From: Sphyrna mokarran | Taxonomy: Eukaryota | Assembly (NCBI GenBank): GCA_024679065.1 | Contig: JAGIQG010000020.1 | Coordinates: 7,936,001 to 8,000,000 of the forward strand | DNA length: 64,000 nt | Direction of reading: 5' to 3' | In this document: positions 23,676-34,904 of the stretch, piece after piece | Position numbering within the stretch: the stretch's first letter is position 1 | Layout: the number at the start of each line of letters is the position of its first letter | Program-made: the position numbers and the translations under genes | The notes under the pieces: model-generated | What the model was told of the DNA's origin: nothing | The model's input: only the letters and a program-made list of their open reading frames with translations | The model's database searches: none

Positions 23676-24820
23676 ATAGAACATAGAACATTACAGCGCA
23701 GAACGAGCCCTTCGACCTTCGATGTTGCGCCGACCAATTAAAAAAAGCAATGACCCTCTAACTAAACCATTCCCTTTTCATCCATAAACTTATCTACTAA
23801 CCTCTTAAACGCCCCCAAACTTGGCGCATCTACAACTGCAGCAGGCAGGGCATTCCATACCCTTAACACCCTCTGGGTAAAGAACCTACCTCTGATATCC
23901 GTCCTATAACTATCACCCCTTAATTTAAAGCTGTGTCCCCTCGTGATAGCTTTCTCCATCCTAGGAAAAAGGCTATCACTGTCCACCCTATCTAAACCTC
24001 TAATCATCTTATATGTTTCAATAAGGTCTCCTCTTAGCCGCATTCTTTCTAACGAAAACAACCTCAAATCCCTCAGCCTCTCTTCATAAGACCTGCCCTC
24101 CATACCAGGCAACATCCTGGTAAACCTCCTCTGTACCCTCTCCATGCCTCCACATCTTTCTTATAATGTGGGGACCAGAACTGCACACAATACTCCAAGT
24201 GTGGCCGCACTAGAGTTTTGTACAGTTGCATCATGACGTTGCGGCTCCGAAATTCAATCCCCCTACCAATAAAAGCTAAGACTCCATATGCCTTCTTAAC
24301 AACCTTATCGACTTGATTGCCAACTTTCAGGGATCTATGCACATATACACTAAGATCCCTCTGTTCTTCAACACTATTAAGAGTCCTACCATTAGCCCTA
24401 TACTCTACACATTTGTTATTCCTGCCAAAGTGAATTACCTCACACTTTTCCGCATTAAAACTCCATTTGCCACCTCTCGGCCCAGCTCTGCAACTTGTCC
24501 AAGTCTCTCTGCAAACTATAACACCCCTCTTCACTATCTACCACTCCTCTGACTTTGGTGTCATCCGCAAATTTACTAATCCATCCTTCAATACCCTCAG
24601 CCAGATCATTTATAAAAATTACAAACAGCAGGGGCCCCAAAACAGACCCCTGAGGTACACCACTTGTCACCGAACTCCACGATGAATATCTCCCATCAAC
24701 CACCACCCTCTGTCTTCTATTTGCTAGCCAATTCCTAATCCAATTAGCTAAATCACCCTCAATCCCATACATCTGCATTTTCTGCAGAAGCCTTCCATGG
24801 GGCACCTTATCGAACGCCTT
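23676..24820 (-). mobile_element. Young 5'-truncated CR1 LINE nested in the old CR1 relic
   Basis: Three frameshifted ORF pieces with [25 protein letters not shown] and FFTQRV; (TGTTCTA)n tail; site is empty at about 7408 and 46676. Confidence 0.95.
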
Positions 24821-25442
24821 TAGGAAAAGTGGAAAAAGTAAATTGTGGAATCAGAAGACAGTGAGTCTAGCACTAGGGGCAGGCAAAAATCTAGAACTTT
24901 TCTTGGAGGGGTCATAATAGGGCACTTTGAAAGTCAGTGTTTTAAGGATGTTACTGGAAAGAAGAATAAAGTGGGAACAGCTGGTTTATTCGTATTTTTA
25001 CAAAAAAACCCTATAAATCAGGTGCCTCCTTCTTCTGCATGTGTACATCTCCATTATTCGACGGATATTATGGAATTGTGAGAGAGGAAGCGTCCAAAAG
25101 CATTCCTCTTTTTTCCCGTGAAGGGAACGTGGGAAAGAAATCCATGATCGCCTCATACTACTGAGTGGTCTCTAAATAAAGGAATGTGTTCATTTCAATT
25201 AAATTCTGGAACCAACTGCTTCGAATTTTCCATTGCACCATTAAGGAACAGACTCCACTTCGAGCAATGTTTGAATTCTACCCAGATTGATTCAATTTCA
25301 TGGAGATGCACAACACGTGATTCCTCCTATTCCTGAGTCCTGATACCAGCGCGCATTTGATACTCAATTCTCTGTTCTTAACGTGCTTCCCAAATGAGAG
25401 CAAATGATAGACAAATAGCCGTGAAAACTCAATAGGACGCTT

Positions 25443-25757
25443 GTTTTTTATTCATTCAAGAGACGCCGATGTCGCTAGAAGGCTCGTAGTTATTGCCCAT
25501 CCCTAGCTGCACTTGGTCGGAAGGAAGTTGGGAGTGAGCTGTTGGGACACATGTAGGTCAGACTAGGCAAAGATGGCGGATTTCCTTCCCTAAAGATACA
25601 TTAGTGAATCAGATGGGGGTTTCCCACAATCGTTTCAAGATTCTCAATTCCAGGCTTTTTTAATACGCTGCGGTAGTAGGATTCGAATCCTTGGTCATAG
25701 GACATTTGCTGTGTTTCTGGATTAATAGTCAAGAGATAATATCAGTGGGGCTATCGA
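25443..25757 (-). mobile_element. tRNA-derived SINE (family not assigned); paralogue at about 48702-49035
   Basis: Minus-strand B-box-like ggattcgaatcc near the head and a gaatgaataaaaaa tail. Confidence 0.6.
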
Positions 25758-26429
25758 TCCACCGCCAGACCAATTGCTTCGAAAAAATTTTAAAGTAAGA
25801 AATTGCAGGATCTCAGAAGAAATAATGGCGAAATTGCTGAATGCTGGAGAGGTGTCTGGACAAGGGATATAAGCAGGTTAATTATTTTAATGGTAGAAAT
25901 AATGATCCATGGAATTTCGTGTTGAGTCTGCCGCCCACCAGGCATGTACAAGTAACGTGGCCCTGAGAATAAATAATTATTAATCAATAGATTCCGGTGG
26001 CCTGTGTCTCAAAGATTTTCTTCACCGTTCGAATGTTACCCACGTGTGCAATATGGGAGGATGTATTTTGCTTAAGATCTTTTAAAATGCGACCTGAGCT
26101 ATGAGTCAAGGACACGATAGCAAAAATCGTAACTCAAAGTAGGTGAGGAAACAGTGGACTCAGAAGCAAAACATATTCACCCTGGAGAGATTTTGAATGG
26201 AGCGTAGTAAGTTGTAATATTTGATAGCAGTGACTAACTCTAATGGGACTTTGGATTCCTTTCAAATGATCAACATCGAGGAGAAAGAGTCATAACCGTG
26301 TCACTTTTCAAATCATAGGTAAATCCACACAGAGGATGCTGTGTACAATTCTAATTATGATGTGAAGATGCTAGCGTTGGATTGGGCTGAGCACAGTCGA
26401 AAGTCTCACAACACCAACTTAAAGTTCAA

Positions 26430-29246
26430 TCGTTGGAACAGTATGTGGCTAGCCCGACTAGAGAAGGGGCAATATTGGATTTAGTTCTGAGCAATGAGCC
26501 AGGACAGGTGGTTGATGTTGTAGTGGGGGAACATGTGGCTAACAGTGACCACAATTCTGTCTACTTTAGGATGGAAAAGGATGCTTGTTGCCCTAGGGGC
26601 AGGGTGCTGAATTGGGGGAAGGCTAACTACGGTCGAATTAGGCAGGAACTTAGGGAAACTGATTGGGAACGGTTGTTTGAGGGTAAGTCCACGCTAGGCA
26701 TGTGGGACTCTTTCAAGGGAATACTGAAAATGTTGCAAGATAAGTACATGCCAGCCAAGAGGAAAGATGGGAAAGGTAGGATTAGAGAGCCGTGGATTAC
26801 TAGGGATATTGAGGACTTGGTTAGGAAGAAAAGAGAAGCGTATGATAGGTCGAAGCAGCTGGAAACCGATACAGCATTGAAGGAATATAGAGAGAGTAGG
26901 AGGGAGCTCAAACAGGGAGTTACAAGAGCAAAAAGGGGGCATGAAATGATTTTGGCGGATAGGATTAAGGAAAACCCAAAGGCTTTTTATTCCTATGTTA
27001 GGAATAAAAGGATGGTTAGAGGAAAAATCGGACTTCTTAGGGACAGAGGAGGGGAACTGTGCTTAGAGCCCGAGGGAATGGCGGAGATCCTGAATGAATA
27101 CTTTGTGTCGGTATTCACGAAGGAGAGGGGCTTGTTGACAGTTCCTGTCTCTGAGGGAGCTGTGGACCAGTTGAGGGAAATATCCATACCGATGGAAGAA
27201 GTGTTAGAGCTTCTAGGTAGCATTAAAACTGATAAATCTCTAGGGACTGATGGCATTTATCCCAGACTGCTTAGAGAGGTGCGAGGTGAAATTGCTGGGC
27301 CTCTGACGCAAATCTTTGTCTCTTCCATGGACACAGGTGAGGTCCCAGAGGACTGGAGAATAGCTAATGTTGTACCGTTGTTTAAAAAGGGTGATAGGGA
27401 TAACCCTGGAAATTATAGGCCGGTGAGTTTGACGTCAGTGGTAGGGAAGCTGTTGGAGGGGATTCTTAGAGATAGGATGTATAAGCACTTAGAGCGTTGC
27501 GATCTGATTAGGGATACACAGCATGGATTTGTTAAGGGGAGGTCGTGCCTTACAAATCTGGTAGAATTTTTTGAGGAGATGACGAAAACGGTGGACGAAG
27601 GGCGAGCCGTTGATGTTGTCTATTTGGATTTTAGTAAGGCGTTTGACAAAGTCCCTCATGGGAGGTTAGTCGAGAAGATCAAGGCAAATGGGATACAAGG
27701 ACAGGTAGCTAGATGGATAAGTAACTGGCTTGGTAATAGGAGACAGAGAGTAATAGTGGAAGGGTATTGCTCTAGCTGGAGGTCGGTCACTAGTGGTGTG
27801 CAGCAGGGCTCGGTACTGGGACCTCTTCTATTTGTAATATATATAAATGACTTGGAAGAGGGAGTAAGTGGAGTGATCAGCAAGTTTGCAGACGATACAA
27901 AGATGGCTGGACTTGTGGATAGTGAGGAGCATTGTCAGGCGCTGCAGCAGGACATAGATAGGCTGGTAGCTTGGGCAGACAGATGGCAGATGGAATTCAA
28001 TCCTGATAAATGTGAGGTGATGCATTTCGGGAGTAAAAATGTAGGGGGGAGGTATATGATAAAGGGTAGACCTATTAAGAGTATAGAAACGCAGAGGGAC
28101 CTGGGAGCACAGGTGTACAAGTCTCTGAAGGTGGCAGAGCAAGTGGAGAAGGTTGTGAAGGAAGCATATAGTATGCTAGCCTTTATAGAAAGGGGTATAG
28201 AGTACAAGAGCTGGCCTTTAATGTTGCAGTTGTATAAAACGCTGGTTAGACCTCATTTGGAATACTGTGTCCAGTTCTGGTCGCCTTACTACCGGAAAGA
28301 CGTGGAGACTCTGGAGAGAGTGCAGAGGAGGTTTACCAGGATGCTGCCTGGTATGGAAGGTCGGAGTTACGAGGAGAGATTAGGCAAATTGGGACTGTTT
28401 TCCTTAGAAAGACGTAGACTTAGAGGAGATCTGATAGAGGTGTACAAGATTTTGAAGAGGATAGATAGAGTAAACAGGGTTAAGCTTTTTCCTAGGATGG
28501 ACTCAAATAGCATAGGGGTCACGGGCTTAGGGTGAGGGGGGTAAGGTATAATTTGGATGCTAGATGGAGTTTTTTCACACAGAGGGTGGTGGGGGTATGG
28601 AATGCGCTGCCAAGTAAAGTGGTGGAGGCAGGTACTCTGGAGTTACTTAAGAAATACTTAGATGGGCACATGAACAGAATAGGAATGGAGGGGTATAGAA
28701 AACTGATTTAAAATAGGGATCATGAGCCTTGGGAGGCCCTGGGAAGTGTGTGAATAGATGATGATATTGATGTACTTGTTTTTATCCTACAGGTGCTTTG
28801 GTCCACATTGTTGTCTAACGAGGGGCATACACGCGATGGGTCGTGAGAGGGCTGCTCTTGGACCTTTTTCGAGAGTATCCTACTGCTTCACATCGTTAGT
28901 GTACGCTTGACCTGGACCATCTGATGGGCAACACGACAGCGCAGTGATTATAGCTGTGCTGTGCAGATACATGGATTTGGGCCTGTGTCTGTGGGAGTTT
29001 GCGCATTCTCCCTGTGCTTGCGTGGGTTTTTTCCGGGAGTTCCAGTTTCCTCCCACATCCCAAAGATGTGCTCTTAGGCTAATTGGCAAAACAAATTCTC
29101 CCTAAATTGTCTCAAATTTTGTTTTTAATCCATAGATCTATAAACATGGACAGGGATCGCGTGTGGAGGTGGGAACATCGGGGTGGCGGCGCGGGCTCAT
29201 TGGGCCGAAGGGCCTGTTTCCCATGCTGTTTTGTTCTTTGTTCTTT
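26430..29246 (+). mobile_element. Young 5'-truncated CR1 LINE with a long 3' region, inserted in a Penelope-type repeat (TSD GTTCAA)
   Basis: ORF2 followed by about 540 nt of 3' region ending (TGTTCTT)n; GTTCAA at 26424-26429 and 29247-29252; the two flanks rejoin as one minus-strand repeat. Confidence 0.95.
26433..28711 (+). pseudogene. CR1 ORF2: end of APE endonuclease (LDLV, SDH) plus complete RT; open for about 690 codons, then a 1-nt deletion near 28513
   Basis: [52 protein letters not shown]. The sister copy (54707-55078) shows the true C-terminus, which corresponds to the stop at 28709-28711. Confidence 0.93.
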
Positions 29247-29274
29247 GTTCAACAGATTCATTTGGTAGAACAAG

Positions 29275-29311
29275 TCACAAGCTTGCAGAGCGCTGCTCCT
29301 TCATCAGATGA
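29275..29311 (-). ncRNA. Degenerate minimal hammerhead motif of a Penelope-type repeat (minus strand)
   Basis: Reverse complement reads TCAT-CTGATGA-A-GGAGC-AGC-GCTCT-GCAA-GC-TT-GTGA; GAAA is mutated to GCAA. Confidence 0.6.
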
Positions 29312-29791
29312 CTCATCTGTTGGATTTTAACCTGGTGTTGTGACACATCTTACTGTGCAATTCTAATTGCCATGTGACAACATATATCATTGATATTGAG
29401 AGGATTCTGAATGGACCCGACGGATTGTATGATGATAGAGACGGGGAACATGAAGAACAATTATGCAAATTGAGTATTCGCGAACTGCAAGTGAAAATAC
29501 TGACAGGCACCAGGATGTGTGCTTTTGGGCCTCTAAAGGCAGCTGGCTAGTGGCTTGTATGTTTGCGGTATCTTTGATAGTGAATCAGTCGGTACCTGAT
29601 ATCATAACTCCTCTGGAATTTACAATAATTTTGACGTCCACACATTTACAGCAGAGTGGCTGACTCCATCCAGCAACCTGTAAGCCATTTCCAGCTAGCA
29701 GACTCGAAGCATGAGTGCAGATATCTTAATGGAAGCAGTCAAAGTCATATTTTCTCTGAATGAAGACTAGACATTCACCGGAATAAATTCT

Positions 29792-30675
29792 CACTGTGGC
29801 CCAGTGTTTAGCACGACTGCCTAACAGCGCCAGGGACGCGGATCACTAATTGTGTGGAATCTGCACGTTCTCTCCGTGTCGCCCTGGGTTTCCTCGGGTG
29901 TTTCACTTTCCTTGGGACATCCCTGGGAATCAATTGATTCCTATGGACCTTCCAACATATTTCACGGCTCACTTGTTTTACTTCTGCGCTTCTGGGGATT
30001 CTGTAAATGTCTTGTCTAAATTGTGCATGTTTATTGGTGCCTTTTTGTTTACTTCACAGGTGATTCGGTCCATCTTGTTGACCAACAAGGGGCACACACG
30101 CGGTGGATCGTGCAAAGGCTGCTCTTGGATGTTACTTTAAAGAGTTGTCTAGTGCTTCACGTTGTTAGTGTACCCTTAAACTGGAACACCTGACGGGCAA
30201 CATGACAACTCAGTGACTATCACTGTTTGCTGTGCAGATACATGGATTTGGGCCGGTATCTGCGGGAGTTTGCACATTCTCCCCGTAATTGTATGGGTTT
30301 TCTCCGGTGCTCCGGTTTTCTCCCACATCCCAAAAACGTGATCATAGGCTGATAGGTATAACAAATTGTCTATAAATTAGTCTTCCCTCAATTTTTCCCA
30401 ATAGGCGGAGACAAATGTCATAGGTAGAGGAGAGCACTCACAATGTTAAAATGGTGGCGCGGACTCGTTGGGCCATAGGGCCTGTTTCCTGTGCTTTGGT
30501 ATTCTTTGTTCTTTGTTCCTTCCACCGCCCCAAACACATGCTGGTTCGATGCATTGGCCTTTCGAAATCCTACCCCAGTGTACTCGAATAGGCACGTAGT
30601 ATGGCGACTAATGGAATGCAGTGACTTCATTGCAGTGTTCATGTGAGCCTACTGGTGACGGTAATAAATAAACTT
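29792..30675 (+). mobile_element. V-SINE interrupted by a roughly 600-bp retroposed 3' fragment (about 29914-30514, TSD TTCCTT)
   Basis: The uninterrupted SINE at about 50290-50548 shows the empty site cactttcctt|ccgccg; the insert is homologous to 28785-29246. Confidence 0.85.
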
Positions 30676-33363
30676 AAACAATCCGATACAGTGTGGCAAC
30701 TCTAAGCTGGCATTCACTTATAAATCTATTGAATTGGATGTTCAGGGAGAGAAAAGTCCTGAAATTGTTCAGATCTGATAAGTAGTCTAATTTCTGCGTA
30801 CACTGTGTGGGTGAGTTTAGTAGTTCCTATAGAGAACTGTTTTACATCATTACAGTCTTTTTAGTATATATATGTCGTTTTTATTTTAGTAAATAGACGT
30901 TAATAGTGTTGTACTCCAAGTGGGCTGTCCACTGTCCTCCTTGGGTCTTGCATATTATTCCTCAGACCGTTCCTGTAAACACATTTATGTACACCCATTT
31001 CCCGGTGCTTCAGGTTGGGACATCCTCTCAGATAACATCAGCCGGGTTCCTGACAACTGTAGTCAGCTCCAAAGTGTTGAATTTCAAGAACTTGTGTCAT
31101 TACACCATTAGGTTCTCTGCTTAAACTGCTGTTTGTATCTTCCTGAATGAGGTTTGCTTCGGCTTTTAATGACTGGCGAGTTTGTACTTCTTAAATTTAC
31201 CGTCTGTAATGCAATTGGTTCTTTACAAAGTTTGGCCACATCACAGCAATGCAAATTTGAAATTTTTAATGAATATTCACCCAGAGGATCCCGTTTGCTG
31301 CGAGGCTGTCGTGCCGCTGACCACTATTGAATCTGCTGCCTTAACGTTTACCATTACAGGTTTCGGGTCTTCACCTCCCTGCTACCGGACTCAGCTATCC
31401 ACGGAGATGGGCACCAGGAGCACAGGCAAGTCGCAGAAGTGACAGCCCGATTGAAATCATCGTTTGATGGGACGACCCTTGAAATCCCTTGAGTCCTCCG
31501 CCGGGCGCTTTCCAAACTTCTAAATGAATTTAAAGCATTTTAAAATTACAATTGCTTTTATTGGTCTGCATACTTCTAACCTAATTCAAAAAACTTGGAA
31601 AAGCGTTAATTAAACCAGTAAAATATTTAAGTACAAGAAGTGGGGAAGTACATATTAGAGAATTGAGCCAAGTAGAAATTAATCATTTGATTGACTTCAG
31701 GAAGTGTTGCATCGCAGAATGTGAATTAGAATAAATTGTTTCATAATTTAACAGATGCAGATCTCAAAATTCGGCTTTGTGAACTTAAAATGAAGCATCA
31801 CCGCCTCTTCGGTAATGGAAGCTTGAAATCGTCCAAGAAAAATCAACACCTTATCCTGGAAAGAAATCGACAGGCAGTGTTTGCAAGTAGAAACGTGCCA
31901 TTTATATACAGGGGAACAAGTGCCGTAAGACTATCAATGATTTGGGCGTTGTGCCAGGGCATGGATATGAATCCATTTTCAACAAAAAATCTTAATTTGA
32001 GTGTTGGTAGTTAAAAGACAATTAGATGTGCATGTTTCCTCATTTCATAAGGTGTCGAAAAATCCAGTTGTTCGAAGATAGCGCCGCCCTTGTCATCAAG
32101 TGTAATGTCTAATCTTCGTTGGCACAATGTGGACGTTTCAATTTGTTTTTGTATCATTACGCTTGTCTCCATTACTGGACAAAGGGTTTCAGAAGACAGG
32201 GTAGCAAGAAAACAAGTTTTTTTTAATTTATATATTGAGAAAATGGTGACCCATAATGCCTGGACGCACTCTATGACTGACGGTGTCTTCTTCCTATCTG
32301 AGCTCACTGAGGTGCCCAGGTAACTGTTGACAATCATTAAGGTCAGAGTAACCAGTGCTCAGACTAATGCTGGAATGTACAAGCTATATGTTACTAACTG
32401 AGTTGTTGAACCATGTAAGAGAATGGAATAATTATTCAGTGTAATAAATATGTCAAAACATTTCATTCTGACGGGTTCACAGGTGTCCTTTGGCAGATAA
32501 GCTATCGATGTGGTGAGTGCCGTAAGAAATTCAATGCCTTGGAATTTCAGTCTGGCCATGTATGTGAATCCACGCTGTTCGTTATAGAATACAAATCTTA
32601 GGTTGAAAGGTCACGCGATATGGACGGTTTAAGAAGGTATTGTATAAATCAGTGGTTTGGAGATTGTGCTGACTTGACATCAAGTGTTACGTCTAATATT
32701 TATCCTCAAAGAGTGGAATTTTCTGTTTGCTTTTATATGATCAAAGCGGTCTCGGGTAATTGTGAGAAGTACATCAGCATTTGCTTTCAGAAGGAACGGT
32801 TGCCCAGAATGCCAGGGGGCATCATTTGCCCAGGGGCTGTGTTACGCTCCTGAATGACCTTACTGAACACCGGGAATTTGCCTGGTAACTGTTGGGAAAG
32901 GGAGGGGAGGGAGGGGAGTTCATTAACCCTCAAGCAGCCAGTGTTCATTCTCGTGTTATAATGCACAAACGGGATGAGACTAACTTATGTTTAAATTGTG
33001 TGTGAGGAAGAAAGTTTACTTCATCCGATCAATAATTGCAAATATTTTCCTCTGCTGGGTTCACGGTTGTCCTTGGACACACCACTAGGTCATGGTGGTG
33101 AATCAGTGAACGAGGTGCTGTAGGGGAAACAGAGCAGAGAGTTTCAAAGGAACGAGATGTCGAGACTGTGCTGATGGAGGGAAAACAGCATCATCGAATG
33201 GAATAGAGGGGTATACAACCTGTGTGTGAATGCAGATGTAGAGGTGCAGTGAGTCGTGTTCGTTTTAAACATACCAGTTCCTGAAAATGGGGCAATGTGT
33301 AAATATCAGGTCACGACTTTGAGGAACGCTGATGCCGTGGCTCCAGTGGAAGAAAGTGCGACA

Positions 33364-33630
33364 CCGCAGATCGAACAGCAGGTGGCGAGAGTGCTGCAAA
33401 TTTGAAAATACTTGTTCCGGGGAATTCATTAACATGTGGGAAATCTCAGACCCAATTCGAGACATCGGAAAGTTTAGCAGAAAAGGAGGCCTGGAACTTC
33501 CTGCCCGAATGCTAGTAAATGTCGATTGTGTTCCGCACATGCGCATCGAAATTAGACGCAAGACATGGCGCATGCGCAGTCAAGAGGAGCCAATTTTGAA
33601 TTCCGACTGAGGTTTGCAAAGATGCCGATA
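33364..33630 (+). promoter_or_regulatory. Second copy of the CTCF-like/ETS/NRF1 module
   Basis: AACAGCAGGTGGCGA 33374-33388 is identical to copy 1; GGAACTTCCTG; GCGCATGCGCA 33568-33578. Confidence 0.5.
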
Positions 33631-34119
33631 TTGAAGCTGCAATTGTGCCGAAACCTCCGTCACCTACGCTGGTGTTAAGTTAGCTTTCGCCCATATTTAT
33701 CTGCACACTTATTCTTTGGTCTAGCTGCAGCGAGTGGAGGCAGCATTTTTTGTAAAATATTTTAAGAAGATGTTTAACATCTTTGGAATACAAGGAAAGG
33801 AAGAGAAAGATTTAAGGCATATTTAAGGCACTATTTTGACATGACAATAATTCGAGTGAAAAACAATTTCCTACATAACAAGGTCGATGTTAGTGTCTGG
33901 AATAAATTTCAGTATTTGGATGTTCCAATATATTTGAAACATTGACTAACTCTATTCTAAGAGTTCCCCTAATTTAATGTTACGGAATGCAGTGCGGTTT
34001 GAAAATCTGGAGGCATTTTCCACCACCTCTGGAAAGTTGTGCTTTTGCTTTCTTCTAAACTGAAGTTCTTTTAGAGCCTTTGATGCAGGCGTTGAAGATT
34101 GAATCGATTTGTAAAATCT

Positions 34120-34505
34120 AAGCCCTCCTCTCTCTTTTCCCTCATGCCACACTCCACTCTTCCTCTCCCTGCTTCCCTGCTCATCATTTTCTCTCTCTTC
34201 TTTTCTCCATCCAGCTTTTGTCCTCCTCCCTTCCCCCTCCCGATTTTCTCCTCCCCAATTTTTCCCTCGACACATTCATCTCGCCATTTCTCCCTCACCA
34301 TTCCCCCTCCCGTTTTACCTTTCCCCTGTCCCCCCTCCACATTTGCTGTTCCTCATTTCCTCTTCCCCATCATTACTGCTCCTTCTTTTTACCCTCTCTC
34401 TTTAACCCTCCCAATTTCACTTCTCCCCATATCCCCTCCCTTCTCCTCCCGTCACACTCCATCTCCTTCTTCTCCCCACCCCTCTTCATTTTCCTTCCTT
34501 ACCTC
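34120..34505. repeat. Polypyrimidine low-complexity tract
   Basis: C/T-rich paralogue of 11000-11380. Confidence 0.9.
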
Positions 34506-34579
34506 CTTGTGTAGATGCAACAGAATTGTTGTGTGAATGTATGAAATATTTCACTAACTGTTGGTATAGAAACATACAT

Positions 34580-34904
34580 CTGGGATGGTACGGTAGCAGA
34601 TGTATGTAGCACTGCTGCTTCACAGCTCCAGGGTCCTGGATTCGATTGCTTGAGCCACTGTCTGTGGTGTTTGCACATTCTCCTCATGTCTGCGTGGGTT
34701 TTGTCCGGGTTCTTCAGTTTCCTCTCACAGTCAAAAAATGTGCGGGTTAGGTTGATTGGCCATGCTAAAAAATATTGCCCCTTATTGTCCTGAGATACGT
34801 AAGTTAGAGGGATTCGCGGGTGAATGCGTAGGGACTGGGTGGGTTGTGATCAGTGCAGACTCGATGGCCTCTTTCTGCACTGTAGGTTTCTATGATTCTA
34901 TGAT
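34580..34904 (+). mobile_element. V-SINE (HE1-like), specific to spacer 2
   Basis: tRNA head, V core and (TTCTATGA)n tail; empty site gacatacattttgtaag at about 11445-11460. Confidence 0.88.

Noticed and set aside
26627-28207. Antisense ORFs overlapping CR1 ORF2 (also 3506-3942 and 55211-56722)
   Set aside because: Shadow frames of the RT coding sequence; their recurrence reflects copy identity only.
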